Shown: positions 23,234-36,847, counted from the stretch's first letter. The stretch is 64,000 nt of DNA from Spizellomyces punctatus DAOM BR117 (GCA_000182565.2 KQ257454.1); one strand, 5' to 3'. Made by a program: numbers and translations. Notes: generated by a model not told the origin, from the sequence alone.

Positions 23234-25390
23234 TCACTCGATATCACTACTAGGTGGAGCCGGCGGATAATCCCACTCCTCCTCCTCCCCTTTCTTCTCA
23301 ACCTCAACCTCCTTTTCCTCCTCAACCTCCTTTCCAAAAACCAACCGCCCCTTCCTCCTCCGCGCACACCCAACCCCCCTCTCAACCCCCTCCAAAACCC
23401 TCCAAACCCCCTCCTCCACCCTCATACCCTCATTCAAAACCATCCGTCCCGTAACAGAAACTCTATGCCCTCTAACACGCACACAATGCTCATAATACCT
23501 CTGCACAGCTTTTCCGACCATGAGAACCACATCACCATGTCGAACCGCTAACGAGAGGACTGTTTTGGGTTTTTGTGTTGGGGTGGGTTTGGTTCGAAAG
23601 AGCATTAGGGCGTCGCTTCCGAGACTTAGAGATGAGACGGGGCCGTGCACGGTGTGCTCTCCGTCATCGTGCCAATGCATTTCTTTTTCTATTCATTGTT
23701 GATCGTGTTACTTTGCATTCATTTAAAAAAAAGAAAACAAAAAATGCAACGACTTGAACATACCATCACCATCTAAACTCAAATTCTTATGACTTTGATT
23801 ATAAACAGTCCCAAATTCATACACGGCATCCTGTAACCATTGAATGGCTTCCAATTCAATCCGTGTATTCTCCGTCATGGATCGAGCAGGTAAGTTGGAT
23901 GCTTGTGCTGATAAAAAAAATAGTAAAGAATTCTTTCATCGTTGTGCAAAAATGTGAGTCAAGAGTTTACGTACCATAAGCCTCCCCAGAATTCAACACA
24001 AAATTCGACGTCAAAAGCCCATTCACTTTCAACCCAAAACCCTTAAGTCACCACACGTCCAAAAAAAACCACAAAAAAACTCAAAAACACTCACATCTCG
24101 ATTTAACACCCATTCTCCGAAACGGTAACCTCCCCCTCTGCAACCCCTCATAAACCCCATCAACATCCTCCCGATTTCCTGCCAAAAAATGATGTACATG
24201 TCCCCCCTCTGGAAACACATAGACCATTCGTTCCCATCCCCCAAATCGAGGAACATGGTTAGGTATGCGTTCAAGGTATCCCCGGATGTTACTGCTGGGT
24301 TTAAATGAGCGGCAGCCGTATTGTTCCGTTCGGGAGGGTGGGAGGTGTCGGATGGTTGTGCGTGTGTAGATTGGGATGGGAATCTCTATCGTATGCTAAA
24401 TTACCATGATGTCCAAAAAACAAAATATCAACATTTTGCACACAAAAAAAAAGGCATAAACGAAAAAAGAAACTTGCCTGACACCCCTCACAAACCCACT
24501 TGTAAACCCACACCCGTCGTGAAATCCTTCCACACCGATCACACCACATCCCTACTGACCGCCTCCCACATTGTTCCGGTGTCGGCTGTAATGGAATCAC
24601 TGATCGTACTGGTAGACTAAATCCACCAAACACAACAACCATAAACACACAAGAACGATTCGCACATGCACAAACAAACAAACAAACATACCCATCAGGT
24701 AAACTCGGATCCAAAAACCCCGATCGAAGAACCAAATCTCCAGGAGTGGCATACCCACCTTCCACATCCACCTTTAAAAAAAAAAACCAAAAAAAAATCA
24801 ACCAAAAAAAAAAAGCCCAATAATTCCTTCCATGCAACAAAGACTCCAATTTACCTTTCCAAAAACAACTTTACCACTCAAACCCTCAAAACAACAATCC
24901 CCAACATCATAAAACCCACGGCGACGTCCCCTCCCACCACTCTTTAACACACGTAACAGGCTCTACATCTTTTAGGGAAGGGACCCGTTCAAAGCTTGAC
25001 AATGCCATAAAATGTTCCCTGATTTACGAACCCAACTGCCCAAAAAAAAATCCCAAAAAAACATTACCAAAAAAAACAAAAACACCACCACCATCAAAAA
25101 AAAAAAACTCGCAAAACTCACCTCAAAACCGAAACTTGAAACCGAACATTCCCACCAACATCCTCCCCCCCCAAACATGCGTAACAACAAAATACCCCAA
25201 AACAACAAACCCAATTTCATCCGGTTCTGATTTTCGAACACACGATACTCTTTACCCACAATCACCATAACATGTTGTTTTAATCGTTGAGCAGCTAATA
25301 ATCCCGCAACATTCTTGTCGGTTGCGCTTTGGGATCCATTGATTGTGTATCAGAGGGAGTCAAGGTTTTTTCCCCGCCAGCGTGCGTGAT
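23234..25390 (-). CDS. Fungal AlkB-like 2OG-Fe(II) dioxygenase, multi-exon; 5' end unresolved
   Basis: C-terminal exon HWHDD..VSSLSLG..HGDVVLM..YEHCV..RVSVTGR fits HxD..H..RxxxxxR. Upstream exon fragments (VMVIVG; VLGYFVVTHVW; CDRCGR..WVCEGC) are on the same strand. The gene may extend across the gap into ORFs 25350-26156 and 26333-27838. Confidence 0.7.
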
Positions 25391-25391
25391 G

Positions 25392-25491
25392 NNNNNNNNN
25401 NNNNNNNNNNNNNNNNNNNNNNNNNNNNNNNNNNNNNNNNNNNNNNNNNNNNNNNNNNNNNNNNNNNNNNNNNNNNNNNNNNNNNNNNNNN
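25392..25491. other. Assembly gap (100 N)
   Basis: Run of N. Confidence 1.
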
Positions 25492-26332
25492 GTCACCTTG
25501 CTCGGTTGGATTCTTGTATGCAGTGAGGGTATTGCAGAAAGTGTTCGTGAATCAATGCTTGAATCGATATGCTGTGTATCTACATGATTTACAGATTCGT
25601 TTGTCAACGTAAGATGCCGATGTGTGTTTAGGAGCGTTTCGGAAAAAAGACTACCGTTTTGGTGTAGTAGGTTGGTTGAGGGGAGTTGGACGGGACGTCT
25701 ATCCGAGTGTTTACTGCATTTCTGTTCGGATACCGTACAATGCGTCACTGGACCTGTACTCTGCACACTATCGTAACGTCCATCCCCGTCCTTGTGTATA
25801 CGCATTGGGTAATGTGATGGGTCCGTTTTCACGGTATGTGAATCCACAGGCCGTGCACACTCTTCTGGAGACCTACTCGACCGTTTCTGATCTTTTGTTC
25901 CATATGATCCATAAAACGATCTCGAAGCAATTTCGGCTGGTCGTGGAGGTTTCCCTTTTTCATCCTTGATGATTTTGCCGCATACCCGTCTCCATTGCTC
26001 ATCCATATCATTTAACGCATCCTCCAGCTTTTGTGATTTCAGTGGACCGTCTCCATCGTTCCGGTCATCATACCAATCTACTAAATCTACTTCTCGCGAT
26101 TCGGCTGTGTACCCCTCAGCCCATAACCGATCCTTTTCGTTATTGTATTCCGTCATTTTTTCCCACGTGTCCTAGTTGAACCGTCAACAAAGAAATCCCC
26201 TCTTTAGAGTTTTACAATTAAATAACTGTTACCTGTTGATCAACAACTTGAAGCTCTTGAACAAGTTTATCCACTGAAAATCCGTACCCATCCCTCGCCT
26301 ACTCAACCTCATTGTTTCAACTCATGTTGATT

Positions 26333-27838
26333 TCAAACAATAGAAACGGGACTTACGGCACTCGCGACGATATGAGAAACATTCCACCTCGTCCGTCGTA
26401 TCAACCGGAACCGCATCATGGATTCCACCATTACATGTAAAATGTAAATCAATACGGATTTAGGAGGGATATCGCGGTTTGATATAAACTCATCTATCAA
26501 GGATACGTTAGTGTTTCTAGAGTACATGAAAAACAGCGAAAAAAGGAACGCACCAGCACATTGTCGTGCATCAAACCATGTCTTATCCACTCCACTGTGT
26601 ACAGTTGCATCACTATCCGGCATCGTACCATCCAACCCAACAAGTTTTGCATCCAACATTTCCCCACATACTGCCCTTGACTCCAATTTAACTCCCATGT
26701 TCGATTCCGCACAACACTCCATTTTAATTTCCTCTGGTGAATATTCCCGGTTTGGTTCACATCCATCATGTGTGACAGAAATTGCCTTGTACACATCCTC
26801 AGCGGTCTTTACAGCCGGATTCGTCATATCGATCGCAAGTACACAATCTAAACGAGAATACCGTCGTTTATTCAACACTGCGTTTCGTACAATCTCACTC
26901 TTTTCGTCATCTCGCATCGTTTCATTATGACATTGATCATCATGTGGGTCATGTAACATTGCTAGTACGTCTTCCTCTGATACGTCGTCATCGGTGTAGA
27001 GTTCTGGTTCGTTGTGAGGGGGCGGCATCCAATCCGGGATCCAAAAGGGGTCAAAATCGGAGAAACGTTCCGCGTTGGAGAGGATATCGGGTGTGTGTTG
27101 AGTATTGTTGGTGGGTTTGTTGGGTTGGTTGCGTGGTGGAGTGTTGGTGTTTACGTCGCGGTATTCATGGTCTGAATGGGGTATCAAAGGTTTCTTGATA
27201 CATGGTGGTGGCATATCTTGTAGTATGGAATGGGTATCGTCCGTTTTGTTGTCCAATTTGGGCTTTTTACGCTTTTTCCTGGCCTCGCGAGATTCTTTTC
27301 TTTTTCGCTTCTTTCCACATTTTGTACCCGCATTGTGCGTATTTCTTTGAACAACTTGACAACCCTTTACCGACTTTGCATGAGCCTTCTGTGAGGTTCT
27401 TTGTTTACCACGACCTTTCGCGGATATTGGCTGTTTCTTCTTCGCTATGTTTGAGTCAGAGGGATTCGGGGATCGTTTCTCACGTATCGTCCCACCCATT
27501 TGCTCATCAAACATACTCTGATCCCTCGATACACTCTGCGTCCCATCCGTTACCTTTTCACACAAACGGCTCACATACACACGTCTCCGTCCACTAAGAT
27601 CAGTCAATCCCTTCCATTCTGGTCGTTTTTGGTGTCGTGCGGGAGGATACTTGACGTGTGCTGCCGATATGACGATAGGCGGGAGTTTGGGTTCTTTATT
27701 GATGGGTAACTTGAGTCTTGGATGCTTGCTTTGTAGTGCGGACCGTTGTTTATACATTTCTTGACGCCATGGCCGATCTAGTGGGTTGGGTGATGAGAGC
27801 ATGACTTTTGCTCGCAAACCTTTGCGACGTATTGACAA
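26333..27838 (-). CDS. Hypothetical basic, NLS-rich protein or 5' exon(s) of the AlkB-like gene
   Basis: 501-aa ORF with KKRKRK..RKKRKK. No family recognised. Confidence 0.45.
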   Translation of the reverse strand: MSIRRKGLRAKVMLSSPNPLDRPWRQEMYKQRSALQSKHPRLKLPINKEPKLPPIVISAAHVKYPPARHQKRPEWKGLTDLSGRRRVYVSRLCEKVTDGTQSVSRDQSMFDEQMGGTIREKRSPNPSDSNIAKKKQPISAKGRGKQRTSQKAHAKSVKGCQVVQRNTHNAGTKCGKKRKRKESREARKKRKKPKLDNKTDDTHSILQDMPPPCIKKPLIPHSDHEYRDVNTNTPPRNQPNKPTNNTQHTPDILSNAERFSDFDPFWIPDWMPPPHNEPELYTDDDVSEEDVLAMLHDPHDDQCHNETMRDDEKSEIVRNAVLNKRRYSRLDCVLAIDMTNPAVKTAEDVYKAISVTHDGCEPNREYSPEEIKMECCAESNMGVKLESRAVCGEMLDAKLVGLDGTMPDSDATVHSGVDKTWFDARQCAGAFLFSLFFMYSRNTNVSLIDEFISNRDIPPKSVLIYILHVMVESMMRFRLIRRTRWNVSHIVASAVSPVSIV

Positions 27839-28094
27839 GTTCTCGGGGAATGGATATAGGATGTAGGAATATCACACAAAACGAGTAAAAGTGCTTCGTA
27901 AATCGATTCTTTCAACTCTTCACGGTTCGGTATCCGAGTGAACCTTGTCCGTAACAATGTATTCAAAGAAAACAAGATACATGAACCCTCGACTAATTAG
28001 TACCATTCCTCGTTTATGCAACAGTCATGTTTTTGTTCGGTGGGAGGTACACAAATCTTTAGGGTTCAAGGCTTGACCGACATGCACTCAAAGC

Positions 28095-29281
28095 GTGTGC
28101 AATGCAAAGTGGGGGTTGGACAAGAGCAAGATCGGACAACCTGGACCATATTACGTAAGTGCACGATCGTCCTCTCAAGCCCTGAACCGAAAAGACAATG
28201 TACAAGAAGAATCAAGGTTGCCATTCCTATCAAAAGCGTCCTGCTTTACGCATAAAACAACAACAATGCACCTCGCTATAAAAACCTTTACAAACTTTCT
28301 CACATGTTCAAATGCCCATTTCAAAGGCCACATCCTAGATCCCCGTCTCATGGGCCGAACCTCTACCCGCCACTGGTGGAACCGGGAACTCACACCCGAA
28401 CGCCAAACAGCCCTGCACATCATGCGCATCGTCATGACCACGCAATACAAGTATCGATATGTTTATGCTGGGATTTTGCGTGTGTGTTTTCGGAATCCTG
28501 TTATGAGGCGATTGGGTATCCATTCGTATGTTGCAGTATACCTTTGTGTGATGTGCTAATCATCTTTTTCTAGCTCCGTTATTTTATTTGGGAGGGGATG
28601 CAGCTGTGATATGTCAGCATCTATCCTATTTGACAGACCAAGGCGAAAAGGTTGTACTTGTGCAAAAACTCTACACCCCCAATGCTTCATTGATCCAAAA
28701 TCCATAGCTCAACACGGGGGCGTACAGATCATGCCTTCAGCTTCAAGATTTTTGTGATACCATCATGGATCTATTTGAGCATCTCGTCCCGCTTGCAGAG
28801 CAGGCGACACATGGCGTCCCCTCTCGCATGGAATGTTATCAAGCGTTACGGAAATGCCGGCATATTGGCCCCATGATCGCCATGTTGGCTTCAGGTGAGT
28901 TGAGCTATGAACACACTGAGCTGTTGATGAGCATTGAAACAGCCAGATAGGCGATATGGTATTCTATGGGCTTGTGGATTCAAGCAACATTTCTCTACCA
29001 CTATCCAAAGGGTTGGGGATGGGTGCGAAAAAAGGCCTTGAAAGGCTCGGAGTCCCTATGAACCAGTTGGTCAAATTTCATAAACTGGTCCTCCAAGCCA
29101 TGCTGGAAGTGGGTAGGTGGTTCGCTCTCCCATCCGTTCGCTGCTGGAACGCATAACCTTTCTGCAAACAGGTCTCAAAAAGGATGCAATGGCCTTGAAT
29201 AGCATCGTCTTTGAGCATAGCCTTTGCAAGTACTATCGGTACTGCAAACTACCCGTTCGAAAATCAAAGATTCCTCAGTGA
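28095..29281 (+). CDS. Helical protein resembling the fungal alpha-glutamyl/putrescinyl-thymine pyrophosphorylase-like family
   Basis: Splicing (introns ~28894-28950 and ~29113-29171) gives HIGPMIAMLASGDMVFYG..GMGAKKGLERLG..FEHSLCKYYR*, fitting the Gx..D..GA..GL..EH.LCK..R pattern. The start is uncertain. Confidence 0.5.
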
Positions 29282-30017
29282 ACCCAAAAACTGTAAAGTA
29301 TGACCATTAGTGTAGATCAAGCCAAGTCTATTAAAGACGACCAGTATCCACTACAGTGTACATCAACGAAATATCTAGTAGCTCGGTCCGAGCCAAAAAT
29401 CCCATGGTGACGAGTACATGCTTAAAGGTTGAGCTTGGTGCGGCGCCAGTGACGACGCTTGGCATTGTATCTATGCAATACTCGATCAGCACCCAAAAAC
29501 AGTAACGAACCAAAAAGAGTACTATCTAGGTCATACCTGATCTTGTTGTCAGTCCTCAATCGGATCCAGTTGGGAATGGGGCGGTTTTGCTTTTGCTTCT
29601 TGCCCAGGATGCGCTTAACGCGGAAAGTCTTGTTGGAAGGCTAACGAGTAATGACGTTAGCGCATGAAATTGATGCTAGAGCGGTCCTAGTCCACATGGT
29701 TCGTCCATGGTCCTCTGTGCCACTACGCTAATCCAGACATGTATCTTGTCAACTTGCAAAAACCTTGGTTCCATTCTCCTCCATCCGCTCCCACCATGCA
29801 AGGCAAGTTCCTCTTCCACCGAAATCCAAAACGTCCTTTTGTCTTCAGTTTTACAGTCAGGCCCCAAAACCTACCATTTTTCAACTGCTTCTCTCTTAAT
29901 TTCGCAACCGACGTAAAACAAGTCGATGTAGCGATTTGATAATGATCAAAAGAACCGAGAAAAAAAGAGGACTCGCACCTGCCTTGCAACACGACCGTTA
30001 GCGCAGAAAAGTGCCAC

Positions 30018-33000
30018 GTGATATGTTTCCCGATTCGGTCTCATTGCACATCACGTGCCCAAGCTTCAACACAGTCCGATCATTTTGGTTCCCAAGCTAG
30101 CGGGGTTTTTGGGATTTTTGTAGATCACGAACGTTTGGGTGCTTTGTTACATGGTTCAGAACGCAGCAGTGTACAGATACTGAATGATTCATTGCGTATG
30201 GGAACCATGTTGCGGCCATTACTTGTTATAAAAGTCGTGCATGCCCCTACCGATCGCGCAAAAGCTTTCCACCTTGCGACGCTAACCGTGTTGAAGGAGC
30301 CCCACTTTACGAGGGAGCATGTGACGATTAAGGATTGGTTTCGTCTCGTGGGAGATGTGTTTGATTGGGAGATGATTCAGTAAGTGTTAAGCATTTATGG
30401 TTATAGTTTAGTTTGAGGCGTGCAGCCATGCAAGATCACTACAGTGATCTTGCGCATGGTCGGCAAGGCCACGCTTTTATATCGGGGTTTCCTGTGAAAA
30501 GAGATCTCAGCTCATTGTTGAGGAACATTTGATTGACGTATTACTTTTTACAGGCACGGAAAACTCCCGTATCGGCTGCACCTCGAACACTCTGCCAAGC
30601 GAAGCTCGACACCCGTAAACCCGGAAGGCACCAACGACATGACCCCACAGCACGGATATTTGGATTTAATTGTTCGTCTAAAAAAAACAGTTGTAGAGCG
30701 CCCGGAACGTCCCCCTTGCAGTGGGGATTGGTACGAATGGATATGGGGATGTCTTGCTTTGGAGCGACTGAAGCCATTGCTGGTGGATACTGGTGACAAG
30801 AAAGTTCCGCCCAAGTCCGCTGCAAAGACCAAGCGCGGCCAGCGTGGACCAAAAGACATTATGGAACGCCGTGCCCAATCGCTTCAACCTCCCAAGGTAG
30901 GGTGCCACCAAATCGATTATTCTTTCATGCGATCTCATGGTAGGCACTTGCTCATATTTCCCATGATATACACAAGGCGGAGACGAGTACCGCCACAAAG
31001 CGTCGACGATGTAGCTCGGCTCCTGAAGCCCGATCTGCCAAAAAGATTGCCATAAACGTTCAGCAATCGTCCCTACGCGACGAGGTGGTAATCAACGACT
31101 TGACATACACTCCCGGGTTATCATCAACTCACAATGTATTGCAGATGACGCCGTCGTTACGCGAAAGCCAATCACCACCTACTCCAAAGCATAAAGTGGT
31201 TGATAGGTCCTCACGGGACTCTGGTCAATGCAAGCAGACCGTGTCAGTACCAGCTCAGGAATGGGGAGGGGGCGGTGGATCCTTATGTGACTCCCATCGG
31301 TGGACACAGACGATATCAACAATAGATCCTGACCTTGCAGTAAACGACCGCTGTGTAAAGGTATGATACCAATCTGTAATGGATCACTGCAATCCTTGAT
31401 TGACCGTATCGTTGTTGCCAACGGACAGGTTATGTTGGCGAACAGTACCTATTGGTCTTGGTTGGATTCCCAATTGTGCGTGATTTGGTTATTGTTACAG
31501 GTAAGAGATGAGTTACCATTGACTTTCCTCCCGTCCCTCTGACCCACTTTACACGGTTTTCCAGGACCCGGACGGAGAGCAGGTGCTTTTCCGCGCCTAC
31601 CAGGATGGTTCTAACAGGATTGCTTCCCTACAACAGACCAATTACACCCTTGTGGAGGATCTTAATGGAAGACTAGGGTGGCTGTCTGAGGTAGGTCTTT
31701 GTGCATATATATATATATATTATAATGTTTGAGAACATCTTGTTCTCAAACAATATACTTATGGTGCGGGTAGGATGACCGGGATGTAGGGGGCCAGAGA
31801 TTTGTTTCCTTTGCCAACAAGGATCTTTGCAATCAAGTGGTATGTCCCTCTCGGTTGTTGCTCATTGACCATTAGCCGATTTATGCCCACCATCACTCCC
31901 AGATAGACGACACAACCGATGAAGATTTTGAGTACGGCAAAGTTCATGGCGCAGATACCCACTCTACCCTCCTCTGGGATTTACCATCACCACCCAACCT
32001 TCCGCCCCAAGCAAGGATCCCCCGCGAACTTCTCATCCCGAGCTCTTCCTCATGGGACATTCCGCAAGGACAGCGTGTGATGTTGGAAAGGGCTATAAAA
32101 GACAGCATTACAGCACTTTACAGGATAGGATGCTGTCCAATGCCTGGAGAACCGATGGACTGGAACAATTTGGATGAAGAAGGGTTCTACACCGTAAGTC
32201 CATTTTGTTCTTTTTGTCAATAACCCACAACTCTCGAACAAATGCACGTACTTGCACCCCAGAGCTCCGTTGTGGAAAATCATCCGCTATGGATTACACC
32301 TCGTCGTGATTCGGAGAGCGCTGGATTGGACTTGGAACGATGGTATAAGCGGTACATGGAAAGTACACCACCTGCTTACCTGAAACCCCGTGAGGACCAA
32401 TTTGATTCGGAATCCAGTGAATGCTCGGTAGTAGCAGGGGACGGAGAGGCGGGATCTGACTCGGATGAGTACCAGGTCATGACGTACAGCTCAATGTCGG
32501 ATACAAATGACGATACCGGCGCTACCGAGGCATCCATCCCGGACGACTCCTCAACGACCACAAGGAGAGCCATGGATGTCACGAGAGCCACATCCAGTCC
32601 GCTTGCAACAACCTCATCATCCCCAATGTTACTGGCTCACACATCTCCACCCGCTGGCATCGCGCCCCAGTTCACCTGCCACGACGCAAACATCGGATAC
32701 GATATATTGACGGTACTGCCTGGTATAAAGAAGCATGAAACGGAGCAGTCGGATGCATCCGACGAAGAGACACTTGTAGAGAGTACGCCAGAGACGGATG
32801 CATCTTTTTTGCTTGATAATCCCGAGGTTTGTACATCTCTCCGTGAGGGCGAGATCTGATACTGATTTGCTGCATTCGCTTGTGGGGAGTAGTATGCACG
32901 GGCACGAGAAGCTAGTAACCGAGAAGCTAGTTCCCGAGACGTTAGTGCCCGAGAGAAGGATACGTCCCTTTTGCTCGGCAATCACGAGGTTTGTGCATCT

Positions 33001-33430
33001 CTCGTAGAGAATGACGTTTGATACTGACTGTTCTCGTTATTGGGGATTAATATACAGACGCAACGGCACCATCCTGCTCATTCAAACCCGAAAGATGATT
33101 GCCCTCCTCCTATATCTCTCAACAAGAAAAAGGAGACAGATATATCAGCTTGTAGAGCACCCAAGGTACACAAGCAACTTGCTAGTGATAAAGGTTCGGG
33201 CGACAGCACTCCGCAACGACGACGAACCAGGGTGCGTTTTCTGTGCTTTGATCAGATGTACCGTCATGTTGGTAGTCCTTAACTTCGGGTGTGGTGTTGA
33301 TCAGGATCTGTTGTATGTGAGTCTTGGGGACAGCCCCAAGGACAAGGTGGCTACCGAATCAAAATCTAGCCCAAAGGCCCGGCGGCCGGCCTGTCTAGCG
33401 CCAACTCACAAAGGAACTGGATGCATTACG
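30018..33430 (+). CDS. Hypothetical multi-exon coding region, possibly the N-terminal part of the sirtuin gene
   Basis: Successive + strand ORF segments bounded by GT/AG (30639-30896, 31875-32193, 32262-32826). No domain recognised. Confidence 0.35.
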
Positions 33431-33495
33431 GTATGGATTCTCTCTTTTCACCCCTGTAAGCCATCATATATACTTATCAATGATATGTACGCAGT

Positions 33496-34984
33496 TTGAT
33501 GCAAGTTCTCCAGACGTTAACCGACACCTGGCTACCATTGCTAAAAGCATTTGGAACGCCAGAAACATGTTGGTTGGAATCGGAGCTGGAGTGTCAACCT
33601 CTGCCGGCATATCGGTAACTTTTCATCTCTCTGCATGCCATGGTTGTTTATACCTGTAGTAGCACAGCTCACGCGTGTTATCCACAGGACTATCGCTCGT
33701 CGAATGGGCTGTTTGCGGGCGTCACTGGACGGGCTGTCAAGCAAGGTTTTGATGCCCACTCTTTCAGAGATAGTCCCGAGCAAAACGCTCGAGCATTTTA
33801 TCAGATTGCACATCACCATGCACGGGCATGTCTGGCACCGTCATGCAGACCCACACCCTTTCATCAGGTTCTGGGGAAATGGTGTCATGCAGGGCATATC
33901 CGTAGAGTTTACTCACAAAATATTGGTACGTGTTTTTTTTTGAACATGCGGTGGGACGAGCATGACAAACTAGTGTCATCCTTTTTTTACAAAAAAGATG
34001 TTCTCGATGAAGCCGTGGAAGGCATCAACAAAAAGCTGGTGAAAATGCATGGTGATTTGCGTGAGTTTCCCCATCCTTTTGGGTTCCCTTCTGGGTTCCA
34101 AGGGAACACGAATGCTTAGTCGCAAATGACATGGAATGACTCGTTGTGAATCACGCACAGATCGCCTTCGATGTCCACTTTGTGAAACACAGTACGCACT
34201 GCCAACGCCGTTTGACGAGTTTTGGAGCCAAGATTTTGATTTCGATGCTCTGCCTACGTGTGTGATGAAATTGGCCCTTTTTTTTCCTTGAATTATTCGT
34301 AATAATTGTATGTTATCTTTTATTTTTTTCCAGCTGTCCTAAATGTGGACAATGTGAGAAAAATCGGAAGAAGGCGGGTAAGCGGACGTCCGGACGGGTG
34401 CCTGCCGTTTTACCCGCGGTCGTAAGATATGGGGAAGCTGTCTGGAACGGTGCGTACCAATTTTTTTTTTTTTGTGACGGCTATTTTCCGGCGATTGTCA
34501 GTTGCACGTGTGGCTCCTAGTGACACAAACCACTTTAGGCGCGGAGATTGCAACCAATATGCAGGGTGACCTTTTACACATTGATGGTCTCCTGATTGCA
34601 GGGACACGCATGGCCATACCGGGTTTCAGGGATTTTGCCAAAGCCGCTTCGGCTGTTCTCCGGAGAGAACGAGCACGATCCACCCACTTGGATGGCCTGG
34701 GCGCGTTTCTCGCCATCTATGTCAACCGGGAGCCCTGTCAGACCAATATGGAAAAGTATTTTGATTTCCAATTTGTGGGGGACGCTGATGAATTTGCGCT
34801 TCGAGTTCAAGATTTCCTCCTAACGTTCCAATGCGAGGACTGGGCAAGTGAAATGGAAAGACGTGCATTGGATGATAACATCAAAGACTTTGAACAGTGG
34901 GGATGGAAATGGGTTGTACGCAATGGAGTCGTGAAACGAGAGTGGAGGCTGAGGAAAATACGAAAAAAGGAAATCTTCCAGTGA
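33496..34984 (+). CDS. Sir2-family NAD-dependent deacylase (Hst3/Hst4-like), multi-exon
   Basis: GAGVSTSAGI, DYRSSNGLF, PTPFH, YSQNI(D), MHGDL, CPLC..CPKC, PAVVRYGE, LLIAGT, YVN and FVGDADEF. Confidence 0.85.
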
Positions 34985-36847
34985 GAGACGCTGAACGGAC
35001 CGGGAACTCCTGTGATTGTGGTCATTCATCGTATTGTCCCATTGGTGCAACGAAGAGAAGCCCGTTACAAATTTGTTTTTTTGGGAGGCCTTTGTTCATT
35101 AAAGACTGGCTGATTTCCGGCGATTTTGTTGTAGACTTTTGAATCACAAGGAGTTTCCAATCCGCATTCAGGGCAGATCGTGGAAACGTCCTGCGATACG
35201 CGGCCCCAAAAACAAAAAGAAGAACCACTCGAATTTCACATCCAGCCAGTTAAACCTTGCCCCATTTTTGGCGTATTGAAAAAACGTTTTGCTTCGCGCG
35301 CCCTATTTCCCCATTTTCTTTTCTTCCCCTAGGGCGTTCTTCACCATTGATGGGCAACGGTGTGGGAGCGATGGTTAAGGGGTCCCTAGGTCGCCTGGTC
35401 ATACGAGGAGCCTCCCCAATTACTTTTTTGGCTATTGCAGATATGATACGGATGAATGACGAGAAGGGGGGGGGGGCATTACATATGACCGGGTCATTGA
35501 CATGGCATGATCTATCAAGTGCGTATGTGTGTTGCATTTCCCTGATGTGTGTGATTCGTGTATTTCGACGTGATTCGTGTATTTCGACGAACTTGCTTCA
35601 TCTTGGTCTTGCTGGTTTCGTGTGGATGTTCTTTCTTTCGTTGAACAATACTAACTGGACACGGGGAAAAATACGAAAAAAAACTCTTTTGTGTGATTGC
35701 CACTAGGCCCATCTTGCTCTCCTTGTCCTTTGTTATCGACTATTTTGGCTATTTTCCTGCCATTTGCATATGATTTGCTTTCTTCCCTTTTTCCCCTTAT
35801 AAAAGTTGGACATTGAATAGAAAACAAATCTTTTGGTTGTCATGCGGTTTTAAACGAGTTTTGGTTCAAAGTTTTTAGGTGTGGAACCAAGTAACCAGTT
35901 TCATTTTTCACGCTCTTTGTGCCCTTGTTTTGTCGCCCTATGGGTTGGTAAATGACTTGGTAAACCGACGGATTGGCTAGCATTTTGACAGCATTTGCTG
36001 AGTGAGCCAAGGATTCGTCGCATTCTTTCTGATCCAGGTACGAAATGAACTCATTTGAACAAAACGTTTGCAAGGATTGCAGGCAAGCATCACCCAGCGT
36101 TGCCCCCACCGCAGCTCAAAAGACAAATCCCCTCCTCCCAAATTTGGGCAAGTTTAAAAGAAAACTCCTCCAAAAACACATTTGTAAAAGAAAAAAAAAA
36201 GTAGCCCATTCAGGCCATCAGATAGTGAACAAGCATATATATCAGATACGTGAACACAGCCGGACAAATTGACTCACCGAACTAGTACTGTCTGCTTCTC
36301 CTTCCCTTCTCCTCTCGCTCTCCGTGCACGTACGTATCGCGGGTACACTCGCGCTCAAAACCACATCCTCGATTATTTACCTCTAATTGTTTGATGGGTT
36401 CAGTATTTATTTTACTTTTTTTTGTTTTGGAGGGCGCCAGGATTTCCGAAGATCTAAACTTGCTTCGTAGGCAGGTTTACTGTTGTTAAGACGTCTTTTC
36501 GTATTTGAGTCGATTTGTTGAGGTGTCAATTTTGGTTCGGATCCGGACAGACGACGGAGATTGTCGTTTCCGCAGTGTTTTCTCTTCTCTTCTTTCTCTC
36601 TCCCACCCTTGATCTCTCTTCCCCCGGGCCTCTGCTGAGGTTATCGATAGACTTTCCTATTAATTGGTGGTTGTGGTTGCGTGCATAGCTGGGAGTTCAC
36701 AGAGCAAGAACGTTCGTGTCAGAACCAGTCTCCCCCCGTACATTGTGCACCGCTTGACCCAGGACTAAAGAGATAGCAGGGGTACACAAAAGAACAATTG
36801 TTGGGTTTGGTTGGGTTAAAGTTGTTACCTCCAGTCGTACGTGCTCC

